Assembly (NCBI GenBank): GCA_030248215.1
Contig: JASANG010003345.1
Span: 372,001 to 436,000 of the forward strand
Source: Enoplolaimus lenunculus
Lineage: Eukaryota
DNA length: 64,000 nucleotides
Reading direction: 5' to 3'
Positions 12,511 through 24,060 of this stretch are shown here, one piece after another. The notes under the pieces were generated by a model. It was not told the origin of the DNA and did not search any database. It saw nothing but the letters and a program-made list of their open reading frames with translations. Position 1 is the stretch's first letter, and every line of letters starts with the position of its first letter. A program made the position numbers and the translations under genes.

Positions 12511-14129
12511 CTGCAATTCAGAAGTATCGCTTTGGGTGCAAACGGAATTAATTCAGTTCCAGTTTCGGTTCTAATTGCAGGTATAAACTGAATCGGAATC
12601 ATACTTTTTCATCGTGTCTAGCCTGTATTACGTATATGTTTACAATTTTGAGCAAAATTTGCGTGCAGGTCTCTTAAGTTTCATAACAACCGGTGCTTAT
12701 ATCAGTTTTGTAATATACGAACAAAAATTATTATATACCTATATACCAGGGATCGACCAAATATCGAGTTTAATATAAGGCAAATAATCGACATCCGTAT
12801 CCGGCTCCAGTATGCGGTATAGAAGTACCGGATGGCGGATACCGAATATTTCCGGTTGTGGTGTTCCAAATATAAAAAAGCTGCTTTTTACACGTCGACT
12901 TACTAGATATTTTGCAGCGACTGGACGAGGTTTGGCTGGTTTCGGTCTCAGTCTCAGTTTTTTGAGTCAGGGTAATTTTCAAATAGAGACCAAAGGAGAA
13001 AGGCAAGTTCTCGTTTTTTCTGCTCAACGTTCAGAATAAACGGACGTCAGTTGTATTTGTTGATTTTTACTATAGATTTTTTGCTGTTTCAGTAATGTCA
13101 AACCACAGACAGTTGTATTTATAAGTGACATTTAAGGAATCGTGCCAAAAACTCAGAAGTTCCGATTAACACTAAAATATCATTTTGATAAACGCTAAAA
13201 AGCGTTTATTACGTATTAATAGTTTAAATATATACTGGCGATTGATGATTCATTTTCGTTGGTAAAAAGTTGAAAGCGAAATTTTGACACTAAAAGCGTT
13301 CGATATTTTATCGTCCTCTTTGGCGTGGGGTCGTTTTATACTCTTGTATATGTGTTTGTCAGTGTGTTTTTGCTAAAAATGAAATTTTGTGGTAATTTTT
13401 TGTTTCATGTTATAAATTCTGAGCAGATGCAACATTTCATTATGCAAGACTGACACAGAAGTACGAAAAAGTTAGAAAAATTTTGTTTGTCTTCCCTGCA
13501 AATTATTTCAATTTTGTTAATAAACTGTTTCTATTGCTTTTCGCAAAACTAGAGGATTAAATAGTTGAAAATTTGCTTAAGCCATTTTTAGCTAGTTTTC
13601 TAAAAAGTCCAACAGTAATTCGGCAATGAAAATTATTTCAAATTCCGGTTCCTGTTAGTGTTCCGGTTTCCTGCAAATTCAATTCCTGTTCCTATTCTTG
13701 TTCCGGCAATATTGATTTCCTGTTGGAACCCTGATATTTTATATAATAGCATTCCACTGGAGCCTGGCCCGGCTCTAGTATTGGGGTCTAAGCCACCAGG
13801 TCCAAGGCCAGGCCAATACTCAGTTTACCGGACTCAAATATTGGATGGAATTTTAGATGACCTGATGGGTCTTAAAGAGCCGACTAAGCATCTGGTGTCG
13901 CTGTCAGGTAAACATTTTAAAGAATGAACTTGTATTTATTTTTTGGATAAGATTAGCGCATGTTATTCGACTCAGCGTTTCATTTCGCATCAAAAACATG
14001 TTTGTCCAGCAGTAAACGGCAACGTACTTGAACAAAACAGAATGCCTTCTTCAATCAAATCTGTTGCCCTGGTTCGTACCAAACCCGGCGCCTAAAGCCG
14101 TGGTTCTGGCCTCTGAGAAACCTTAGTAA

Positions 14130-14526
14130 CAGGGTGCAACCGGAATTACAATTTACCGGAACCGGAACCGGAATTTGAAAATTTTACCGGAACCGGAACC
14201 GGAAAATGAAAAATGCATTTCACCAAAAATTTCATTTTAATCTTATTTTTTGCTCTATTATTTGTGAAATAACCTTAGTCGACCATAGGTATTTATTTTA
14301 TTTGTTGTATTTTAGATTTTCATCATCGACTGAAGTGAAATCCACCATCAATGGCTTATATTCGGAGTACAAGTGGCTTTCAAAAGAGATTCTTAAAAAT
14401 TAGCAAAGTTAAGAAAACGGCCAAATTATAATACCGGAATTTTTAAATCCGGTAAAAATTTACCGGAACCGGAACCGGAAGGTGAAAAAATGCCGGAACC
14501 GGAACCGGAATTCCGGTTGCACCCTG
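14130..14526 (+). mobile_element. hAT-like MITE family A, copy 3
   Basis: Same TIRs; perfect TSD CTTAGTAA. Confidence 0.95.
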
Positions 14527-14608
14527 CTTAGTAACAATTTATATCACTTGAAAATCGTAAAATTATATATTAAAAATTTCGTTTACACCGAAAAATCAAA
14601 AATTTTAC

Positions 14609-14639
14609 CTTAACAGCAGTATCTTTTCTTCCCTGTCTG
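14609..14639 (-). pseudogene. RBM48: RBM48 exon 1, 3' part
   Basis: Encodes RQGRKDTAVK followed by donor AAG|GTAAAA (RBM48 YREGRRPRAVK). Confidence 0.85.
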
Positions 14640-14892
14640 TGTCCGTCTAGGTAGGAGCCGGGACATCAGACCTTTTACTAAGCAGCTGGAAAAGCGGGCT
14701 CGAGCGGGGATCGAACTCTCAGCCTACGGATCCTTAGACGAACACTCTACCACTGCGCTACGCAGCCCGCCTCTCCAACTGTTTCTATCGTCGACTATAT
14801 GTGTCGACATTGTGCTGCCAGCAAGCATACAGCACAGCGTGCATTGCATTTATTGCATATGCACAAGGACAAGCATGTCTCACATGCTTACA
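14640..14892 (-). mobile_element. Solo-LTR-like element (TG...CA, 5-bp TSD) with internal tRNA-like Pol III cassette, inserted in RBM48 exon 1
   Basis: Minus strand starts TGTAAGCATGTGAGACATGC and ends CTAGACGGACA; TSD CAGAC on both sides. A-box TAGCGCAGTGG and B-box AGTTCGATCC. Homologous end to end with 30903-31160. Confidence 0.85.
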
Positions 14893-14982
14893 GTCTGTAA
14901 TTCAAACGAGTATAACAAAACGGTGCTTGTATGTGATGTTGTCGCTGAACTCTGAAGTTATCCTGCGACCACCAGACGTCAT
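14893..14982 (-). pseudogene. RBM48: RBM48 exon 1, 5' part
   Basis: QHHIQAPFCYTRLNYR (RBM48 DHHVQRAVCDTRAKYR). The ATG at 14982 (MTSGG...) is in a different frame. Confidence 0.8.
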
Positions 14983-14992
14983 TTAGTTGATA

Positions 14993-15025
14993 GGTCTGAA
15001 GTCCCGGTTCCTACCTAGACTGACA
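14993..15025 (+). mobile_element. 3' fragment of the same LTR-like element, opposite orientation
   Basis: GGTCTGAAGTCCCGGTTCCTACCTAGACTGACA matches the 3' end of both full copies. Confidence 0.75.
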
Positions 15026-16314
15026 GCGAGCACTGATTAAACCAGGTTACTACTAAAATTGTGGCAACACAGCAGCGATGGGCGATCTCGGTCTCGGTTT
15101 GCCTCGGTATTTGGCTTGCTTACTTCAAAGCAAGCATTACTGAAAAATACGATCATAAGAAAAGCAGATGATTAAGTGAAATGTTAAATTAATGTCAAAT
15201 ACACGACAAACTGTTAAGCAAACCTGCGGAACACTAGCTAAGTTGTCGAAACACAATACTCAAATACGGAGAAAACCTCTATATTTTTATTAACAACCGA
15301 AATTTTTTTAATCCATTTTGTGGTATTCCTTTGACACTAAGCAGGACAGAGCTGCTACCGACATGCCCCACACATTGAAAGTTATTATGGATACAGCTAG
15401 ATTGTTGGTAAAGTACTTTTGTAATGTTCTCCTCGTGTATAAAAGAAGCAACACTGCTTTGAGTGGCGGCCTGGAGGCGGTAGCCCTGCATTCTTCTTAG
15501 TGTCCTTTTAAATTGCGGGGGTTCAGTGATGACTGCCTCCACACTGTGCGAATTGGACGAACAAATGATGTTGTTCGGTTTCTTAATAAAAGCAGTAGGG
15601 GGAACAAAGCCGCTCTGGGGATAACCACAACGGTGTCGAGACTCGAGATATGTTACAAATTTCAAAAGCTGACGAAATTTCGCGTTTTTCTATTCTCGCG
15701 TTCCTTGCATAAAAGTTTTAGCACAATATTGCGAAAAATTGCCAAGACTTCGTATTAAACATGTGCGTGAAACCGATCGATTCACAATGAACACATACTG
15801 AAGCAAAAGTAACAAATCATCATTAACTGCATAATTTCGCCTTATCTTCGGTTCACTTGATGCTTCGGCTCCGGCAAGTTTGTTGACCTCCGGCTTCGTT
15901 ATTTTTAATCTACGGTCGCAGCAGCATTACTTCCGGTCTGCGGGACAATCTTGACAGCAGAACAGTGGGAATATCCGGATCACCAATACTGGGACAACCA
16001 GGACAGCAGGACCGCCGAGACAACGCATCAGGGCGCATCAGGACAGGCGGGCGCAATCGGATCCCGAGAGGGGGAACGGGGCGGGGGCTACGCGCCCCGT
16101 CAGAATTTTTTTGCTATAAAATGGTAGTGGTGTACCTTCCTATTTTCCCCTCAGAAAATTTTATGATGATAAAATGCTGAGGTCCCTACCTAACTATTTT
16201 TCGCTGCCAATGGCCTATAGCATACAATAAAAATTGCGTTTCATAACGCTTGCCAGCCCGCTATGTCAGAAATTTCTGGACCGCCTATGCAGGCTTTAGA
16301 ACCGGAAAAACAGG

Positions 16315-16800
16315 GCAATTGGACATATGAACAACCGGGACAGCTGGACGACCGAGACGGCAGGACAATCGGGGCAGCAGGATAGCAGGGTCGTGGGACA
16401 GCCGTGACAGCACGATATGCCTGAACAGCGCGATATGTCGGAACAGGACATTAGGAGCAGCTGAGCAAAATGGATAGCCCAGACAGCATAACAGCCGGAA
16501 CAACAGGACATACGGCACAGTCGGCAGAGCAGTGCAGTCCGTACAGCAGGACAGCCAAAGTAGCACGACATCCGGAATAGCAGAACAGCCCGAAAACAGG
16601 ACAGCAGAAACAGAACAGCCGGGAAAGCAGCACAGCAGAACAATACAACCGGTACTGAAAAACAGCCGGGACAACAGAGCAACTAGGAAAGCTGGAAAAC
16701 GCAGGACAGCAAAACAGCAGAACAGCGGGAACAACAGGACAACTGGGACAAGATGTGTATGAAGCCGCAGGACAGACGGACAGCAGGACAGCAGGACATT
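16315..16800. repeat. Degenerate GGACAGCA(G)-type short-unit repeat
   Basis: Recurrent GGACAG/GAACAG motifs; source of the Cys/Leu-rich antisense ORFs. Confidence 0.8.
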
Positions 16801-17199
16801 CGGTGGTACAGAGTTTTAAAACCACTACTATCATGGAAATAAATCGCTCAACAGGGCCCAAATCAACATTTCAATTGCACATGCACAGACTTGTAAAAAA
16901 AGAAAAAACTTGGTGTAAACAAGTTCAAAACGTTGATTTTGTATCGACAACATACGCTGCTTGAGTGCTACCCTTTTAGACGTGTATTTTTCAGTGATTG
17001 ACCTGAGTCCAACCCTATCATTGAATAACGCTCATTTCACTGGTTATTAAAATCAACGCCCAATTTCCCGTAAGATTTCTGTGGACATTCAATACATATA
17101 ATGCGAAACGAAGGTGAAACTTCTGAACTCGCATGCTCCGCTCTCGAACCTTAATTGAGTGCTGTCTGATATGATTCTCTGGTTGCTTTAACTCCCATT

Positions 17200-17399
17200 T
17201 GCCCTTCTGTCCCAACTGTCCCATCTGTCCACACTGTCCCATCTGTCCAAACTGTTCCACCTGTCCCATTTGTCCCAACTGTCCCATCTGTTCCAAGTGT
17301 CCCACTGTCCCATCTGTCCCATTTATCCCGACTGTCCCATCTGTCCCAAGTGTCCCATCTGTCCCAACTGTCCCGTTTGTTTCAACTGTCCCATCCCTA
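17200..17399. repeat. 9-bp CTGTCCCA(A/T) tandem repeat ending in a hAT-like terminus (CCATCCCTA)
   Basis: Directly visible; reverse-complementary in motif to the 16315-16800 repeat. Confidence 0.8.
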
Positions 17400-17779
17400 A
17401 AACTGTTCCGACCCTACTCAATGCATTGCCCTGATGCGCATAGCAGATTGGTTTTACCAGCAAATCGAGACAAAATAAGGTGGCTTTAGCAGCGACACTT
17501 TGCTTAATACGTCACGGCGAAAAGAAAAACAACCGATTCAATAATAATAACAAAACGTACAAAAATCGCGTCATGAAAGGGCGCCAGGCAGGGCTCAACC
17601 CTCCCGCTGAAAAATTTTTTGCACCCCTAGAGAATTTTCGACCTTGGTTGTAAAACTCATTGAAAACCCTTGAATGCCCAACTGAAAAATTTTTAACCCC
17701 CCCCCCCCCCCGCTATCAAGTTGAGCTGGCTACGAACCCGTCAAAGAACGAACCAGCTACTGTAGTTGTTAAACAATAT

Positions 17780-17945
17780 GGCCAGTGTAAAGAACACGAA
17801 GCCTACAGCGTAAGCCAAAGCCTAAGCCTAAGCGTAAGAATCAGTTTATTTCTAAGCCTAAGCAAAAAAAATTAGTCTAAAGCTTAAACTGACTCTATTC
17901 ATAGCTCCTCCGGAAAACGATCCGGCCCTGTTCTATACATGGGCC
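17780..17945 (-). mobile_element. GG..CC MITE (Merlin-like) with telomere-like GCCTAA repeats
   Basis: TIR GGCCAGTGTAAAGAACA / TGTTCTATACATGGGCC; perfect 8-bp TSD AACAATAT. Confidence 0.85.
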
Positions 17946-18247
17946 AACAATATATAGCAACCGTAGCAAGCCATCGCTCATATAAAAGAAAAGTGTGTTC
18001 ATTTCACCGCTGTATATTTAGTGCTCGATGTTGGCGCTAAATGTGACGTCACTTTTACCATTGGCGCGTTCATAATATGTGTGTGTGGCTGGCTATTTTT
18101 GTTTGCTTCAAAACACGACGTATTTTGTTTTGTTTGTACCGTATATGCAGAGGAGAGATCGTTGTAGTAGTTGTGTCACTTTGAATATGGTAATATAAAA
18201 AAGTGAATGTAAAGAGACTGTTTTGAACCTTGCCGTTATGTCGTAGA

Positions 18248-18415
18248 CGGGCTCGTAGCCAAGGGGGGACCATGGGTGGGGATCAGCCGCGCTGGAAAAT
18301 TTTTTAGCGTTCCTAGAAAAGTTTCACCTTTGCTTGTAAGTCAGCGAAAACCCTTGTATCCCCCTCTTGAAAAATCTGTAGGCCCCCCCAGCAAGATGAG
18401 CTGGCTAAGGGTCTT
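18248..18415. mobile_element. hAT-like MITE family B (CAGGCCCGTAGCCA type)
   Basis: TSD GTCGTAGA/GACGTAGA; related copies at ~17585, ~21676, 23777 and ~27187. Confidence 0.75.
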
Positions 18416-20035
18416 GACGTAGACATATTGAGACGACAGATAGGCGGATACAAGATAGATATTGGTGTGGCCAAGAGATCAGTAACACGGAACGCTATTT
18501 TATGTACGAAATTTTTTGGCTGGATCCAAAATATTGTAAAGTTTGTTATGTGTTTTTCTTGTTTTTCCAAAAGTTTCGGAATCGGATATATCATCCCTCG
18601 AGTTGTATGCGCCCCTGTGAATATCGTGCAGCTTATACAGTTTCCAAGGTATGTGAGTATTTTTGCTTCAGTCTACAGACCTGCTGTATTAAACACTGTG
18701 CACACTTTGCAGATGTTTGTACAGGTTCGTTCGTACCCATTCGCTATGTTGTGGTGTCTTGTTGGGTAAAGCAAGCGGCGGCTTGAAGGAAAATTTATCG
18801 TGGGAATTTGTTGTCAGGCATGAGTTCAAAAACCTCTGTGGAACAAAGTTGATCACCGTTGCATAATCAACTTTCCCACCACAAGGATAACCCTCACAGT
18901 AAAAATTGTTACATTCTGTTCGCAGGGAGTCCGGGAGCTGTCGCCCTCTTATCCCCCAAGTTCAAGGGACCCCAAGCAAGGCGACACCTCCGCACTAAGC
19001 AGCTTGTTCAACACTAATATTTTATATAAAATAAACTTTGATAGCGTGTTTTTACAGTCCAGTGTAAGAACCGCTTAGAGCGGGGGCTTAGAGAACGACA
19101 GCCCCCATCGTGTGTTTAGCGTCCCTTAAACTTAGTGAAGACGATTCTGGGGGCAGCAGCACCCAAATTGGAAATGAAAAAGTATCTCTTATATTTGGAG
19201 ACATTCTGTTACAGAACATTTTGAAACGTTATAATTGTAGGTGAATACTGTACTTGTAAAACAACTGAAAAGTTCCCTCCCCCGCGCATTCTAGTTGTGT
19301 GGGAAAAAGTAAAATAAAAGTGCCGCATGTAATATTTTTCGGGTTCTCACGTTCCGCACGACGGCTGTTTTATTGAAATTATTTAGTATGAAGTATACAA
19401 ACCCACTTGTTGTTGCAAGAATTATAATATATTTAATGGCGGACTTATGGTTGCGCTATAGTTTTGTTGACGTCCACGCCGTCCGTCACCCGTCCGGCGC
19501 CGTACGTCACCGTATGGCGCCATGTGTCACCGGGCTGTATCGTACGCAAATAACTCACGTACGATAACGTATGGTACGAACGGTAACGGACGGCGCTGGA
19601 CGTCGAGTATAGCGCAACGCTTTTGATCCGGCAATGATTGTGTTTTTATTCAACTCAACCTTAGTCTCTATATATAAACGTCCTAGATTTAGTTCATCTG
19701 GGTATCGGATCGGTACTATCCTATCGTATATACCATTGGCTATTGCAAGCTACCAAGTATTCGTTTGCCATTTCCGTTACAGGGAAGCTAATTCAAAACA
19801 CAAATATGCAACAATTTTCAAAATCTAACCATTTTTGGGCAAACGCCGGCTGGGGGGATAACCGAAAAGACCCGCTCAGCCTTTTTTGAGATGAAGCACT
19901 CATAGGTCAAACCCTTTCTGGGGCGGCGGCAGAATTTACTATATATTATTGCATTTGCGCACAACGGACCAGCATATCTAACATGCTTGCACGCATATAC
20001 TATGGTTGCGCTCAAAGTAACATTGGCGATATATT

Positions 20036-20140
20036 AGGGTTACGCTATACTGTTTTTGACGCGCGGCGCCGTCCGTCACACGCATGGTAACGAACGGCGC
20101 GGTGACAGATGGCGCCGTACGTCAAATATAGTGCAACCCT
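20036..20140. mobile_element. Harbinger/Tourist-like MITE
   Basis: GGGTTACGCTATA / TATAGTGCAACCC termini flanked by TTA; relatives at ~19449-19620, ~20458 and ~55960. Confidence 0.65.
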
Positions 20141-21317
20141 TATTGTAAAGCCAGTAAAAGTGTATCTGTAAAATTTGTATGCTTCCATGCCACTTCTTCA
20201 ATTCTCCACTTCATTTTGTCAGTAACTGTTCGATAAGACCATTGCTTGTATAAGCTAACATTAAAAATATGAGAGCAAAGTAGTGATAAAAATGTATTAA
20301 GGTTACGACAGCATTTTAATATGTTCTTAATACTTGATCATTGATGACTCACTATTTTTCAGCTGTTTCACGTTTTGCTACTAGTGTAGTCTGTGTATTT
20401 ACGTTTTTTACCGGTCGTATATAGTTGAATTTACACTTTCTTCACAAATAACTGTTCGGTGTGCGCTATACTCGCAGCGCACCGCCGGACGCCGCTGCGC
20501 GCTTTGATAAAATTTGTTTATTAAAAATTGTACGCCATTAAAGAGATTTTGCGTATGTTTTTGTTTGGAACAGGTAGCGGCGTTCGGCGGCGAGCGGTGG
20601 TGTCCGGCACAGGCCTTTGTATGCCCGTCGTGAAACATGTTTAGCCCCCTAGCAATGTGAGTCGGCTACGGGCTTGGGGCTCAGCGTGGACGCCAAAAAG
20701 TGCTCGTAGCACACTATTCTATAAATATGTGGTGACTTTTTGTTGGGGGGAACCTAAACAACCACCAATTCTCGCAAATGCAGCTACCATTGGTGTGGAA
20801 GTTTGCTGGGAAGGCTAAATTTTTTCTATAGGTTCAGTGCCTACGATGCCTACTGGCACAAGTGAATCCAAAAGATTTTCACCGGAAAAGGCAAAATAAA
20901 ACTCGTGAGCGAAACGTCAAACGCAAATTTTAGCATTAAATCTAAATACAAAAAGTAAATTGCTTTTGATCCCCATTCAGGTACAATGGCATAGATGGCC
21001 GATTCGACCGTTTGGCTGTCAGCGTCTTCCGCCTTCGACTTTTGTTTTGGGAAGGCCTTTTATAGTAACATGGGCCAGTTTTTTAACGAATACCCAGTCA
21101 TTGTATACACCAAAACTGTGCGCGCAAAACGCCGTTTGCAATTGCAATTCACTACACTGTGAGCAGCAGCAGCAGTCTGTCACGGTGCTTTGAAAATGTA
21201 AAATGTGCAATGCGTACAATAGATTTTATATACGGAGGGGTGGGCGCCGGCTGTCTGTACTGATTATATTATGAGAATTTGACGCCACTCTGGCGCTGTA
21301 GTCTAATTCCGTATAAA

Positions 21318-21565
21318 TACGTTCATATATCTTATTATTATTACTACTACTACTGATGTTGTTGTTTGTTTGTGTTTAATTTTATACATTTGACGTTGTT
21401 TCTTCACAAGCGCTGTGTTTTTGTGTTGTAGTGTATATCTTAATATCGTACATATATCGTATTTTTAGTACTACTGATGTTGTTGTGTTTGTTTGTGTTT
21501 ATTTTATAGATTTGACGTTGTTTCTTCGCAATCGCTGTGTTTTGTGTTATAGTTTGTCTTTTACG
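21318..21565. repeat. Tandem duplication, unit about 121 bp, GT-rich
   Basis: TACTACTGATGTTGTTG...TTTGACGTTGTTTCTTC...CGCTGTGTT at 21348 and 21469. Confidence 0.85.
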
Positions 21566-22388
21566 TATTCTCTATACATAATACACCTTCGATGTTCTAG
21601 TGTTGATGGAAATATGTATATTTGTATTTATTTTATTTGAAGCGTTTGTCAGTGGGGCTCCCGTCACTATATGACCAGGTCCATAGCCAGGTCACTTTGC
21701 TAGGGGGGTGGCTAGAAATTTGTCACGAGGGGCATACAAGGGTTTTTGTTGACTTACAGGCAAAGTTGTAAATCTTCTAGGGGTGCCAAAATTTTTCCAT
21801 CGGACTGAGCCGGGCCCGACGATGAGTTGTTTTCGTATATTTTTTATAAATTTACGTGATATTTTGTTTGTGTATAGGTTTTTAACGTTCAATAGGGTTG
21901 TTTTCAAGATGGATGAGATGTATTTTTGCGTTGTATGTGTGAGAAACTTGGGCAGTGTGTGATGAATCGTTTGTGTTTATGCTATTTTTAGCTGGACGAG
22001 ACGACATAATAAAAAGTATAGATGAAACAGCGAAAAAGTTTCAAGGAAGTATACTAGAATAACCGGTAGAGTTTCATCCAATATGAAGCCATGATGCGAA
22101 ATACGTCGCTTGATCCAGCGATCTTCGATGAGTGTGTACTTTTTATTTAGTTTGACCGTTTCTGTACAATGCATTCGTAATCATATTGAATTAGAGATAA
22201 AAGTTGAACTCAAAATCTCGATATAGTAATAATTATTAGCTAAATCATCGGGGTAAACGAAATTTTTACAGTAAAAAAGATAACTGCTTTATCCCCTTAG
22301 CTCTAGGCAGCAAACGATGACATTCGTATTCGGCTTCGGCATTTGGTATGAAATTACGTTCTGATTGTGGCCCTGAATACATCAAAAT

Positions 22389-22694
22389 CAGGGTGCAACC
22401 GGAATTCCGGTTCTGGCATTTTTTGACCTTCCGGTCCTGGTAAATTTTTACTGGAATTAAAAATTCTGATATTAAATTTTAGTCGGTGGAAATTAAGATG
22501 TTTTACTAAAAATGACGATAAAACTAACAATCGCCGAAAATAAACCATCGAAGGTAGATTGCGGCGCTTCCGTGGAATATGAAAATCTAAAATAATAAAT
22601 TTTTCGGTGGCGTGTATTTTTCATTTTCCGGTTTCGTTTCCGGTAATTTGTTCAAATTCCGGTTCCGGTGAACTGTAATTCCGGCGGCACCTTG
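22389..22694 (-). mobile_element. hAT-like MITE, older family A-related subfamily
   Basis: CAGGGTGCAACCGGAATT left end, decayed right end GCACCTTG; TSD ATCAAAAT/ATCAAAAC. Confidence 0.85.
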
Positions 22695-23776
22695 ATCAAA
22701 ACGATTTTTCAAAAGTGAATATCGTTAAACTTTTTGCAACGACTGCACTTGATGGCAAGTCAAGAAGCTTTAGTTTTTCATATTGAACTAAAACGAAAAA
22801 TCTACGACTCAAATACTTCCATGAGTATACAAATTTCGATGCTATATTCGTTTAGCTGTTGGGTTCCGGTGAAATGCACCATACGCCACTGAATATGTTG
22901 GTGGTAAATGTTTTAAATTGAACCAGGGATATGCCGGTACCAAAATTTTGCCGTGGCCGATTTTTATTTTGAAAATGTTGTGATACCGAAGCTGATTAAG
23001 TTTTAATAGACGATGCTTAAGGCACAGATATGATACAACATATCATTACAAACGTGAAGACTTAAGTCTTAACAAAACAACCATAAAAGATTATTATGAG
23101 AACGGTTCATTTCAATTATTTTTTTCAAACATAATCGCGCTATGACAATCTGATCAGACGCATTGATATATAGTACTTCAATGCACTGTTATGTGCAAAT
23201 AGTATCGCCAAAGAATCGACAATATTCTGCACTACCGAAGCCGATACTCACGAAAAGTGCCGGTTGTTGCCGATGCCGATTAATCGGTACATCCCAAGAA
23301 ATTAACCTAATCGAACACATGAAAAAAATCTCGAAATTCTTTTTGGTAAATTGTGACGCATAGGCACAGTTGTAGAAAAATATTGACTGATCGGCGGCGT
23401 TACCCTTTGCTTTTGGTGCCATTTCAATTTATAAATCACAGCCGCTTCCAATCCCTAAATTCAGTATTCGGCTTCATTCTTCAGATAGCTCCAGTCCGAG
23501 TAGTTAATGCAGTTTCTGTACTATAGCTGGTTGCAAACAGGCGGGTGGCTAGGAATTTTTTATCCAGGCGGAGGATAATTTAGTCAAAAAAAATTTTTTT
23601 GCGAGCCAAACGAACAAGAAAATGTTTTTGACTTCTGCAGGTTAATATTGTGCAGCCTGTAAAAATGCGGTTTTCGAGTGATAATCTCGAGGGGATATAT
23701 CCCCTCTATCCCCCCGTTATATACGCCCCTGTTTTGTCGTTGTACTGTTTGCTGTATTTTTATTAATAGTTCAACA

Positions 23777-23943
23777 CAGGCCCGTAGCCAGCTCACCTTG
23801 CTAAGGGGGCTAAAAAATTTTCAGGAGGGGCATACAAGGGTTTTCAATGAGTTGTAAGCAAGGTTGAAAACGTTCTAAGGGGGGCCAAATTTTCCCAGGG
23901 GGGCTGAGTCCCCCTCTGGCCCCTCCCCTTAGCTATGGGCCCG
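23777..23943. mobile_element. hAT-like MITE family B
   Basis: CAGGCCCGTAGC / GCTATGGGCCCG termini; TSD GTTCAACA/GTTCAACG. Confidence 0.85.
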
Positions 23944-24060
23944 GTTCAACGGCATGTAGCTTGTTCCGAATGATACAAAACAAAGTAATGACAGCTGTGT
24001 ATGCCGTTCATCAAAACAACTTTTTTTCATTTGATAAAGAGATCACTTTTAAATACGTTC

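Noticed and set aside
15279..15665. 128-aa minus-strand ORF upstream of RBM48
   Set aside because: No recognisable motif or convincing splice sites; not supportable without a search.
17199..17489. Metallothionein-like CPxCPx ORF and Cys-rich ORFs at 16285-16861
   Set aside because: These are translation products of 9-bp and similar tandem repeats.
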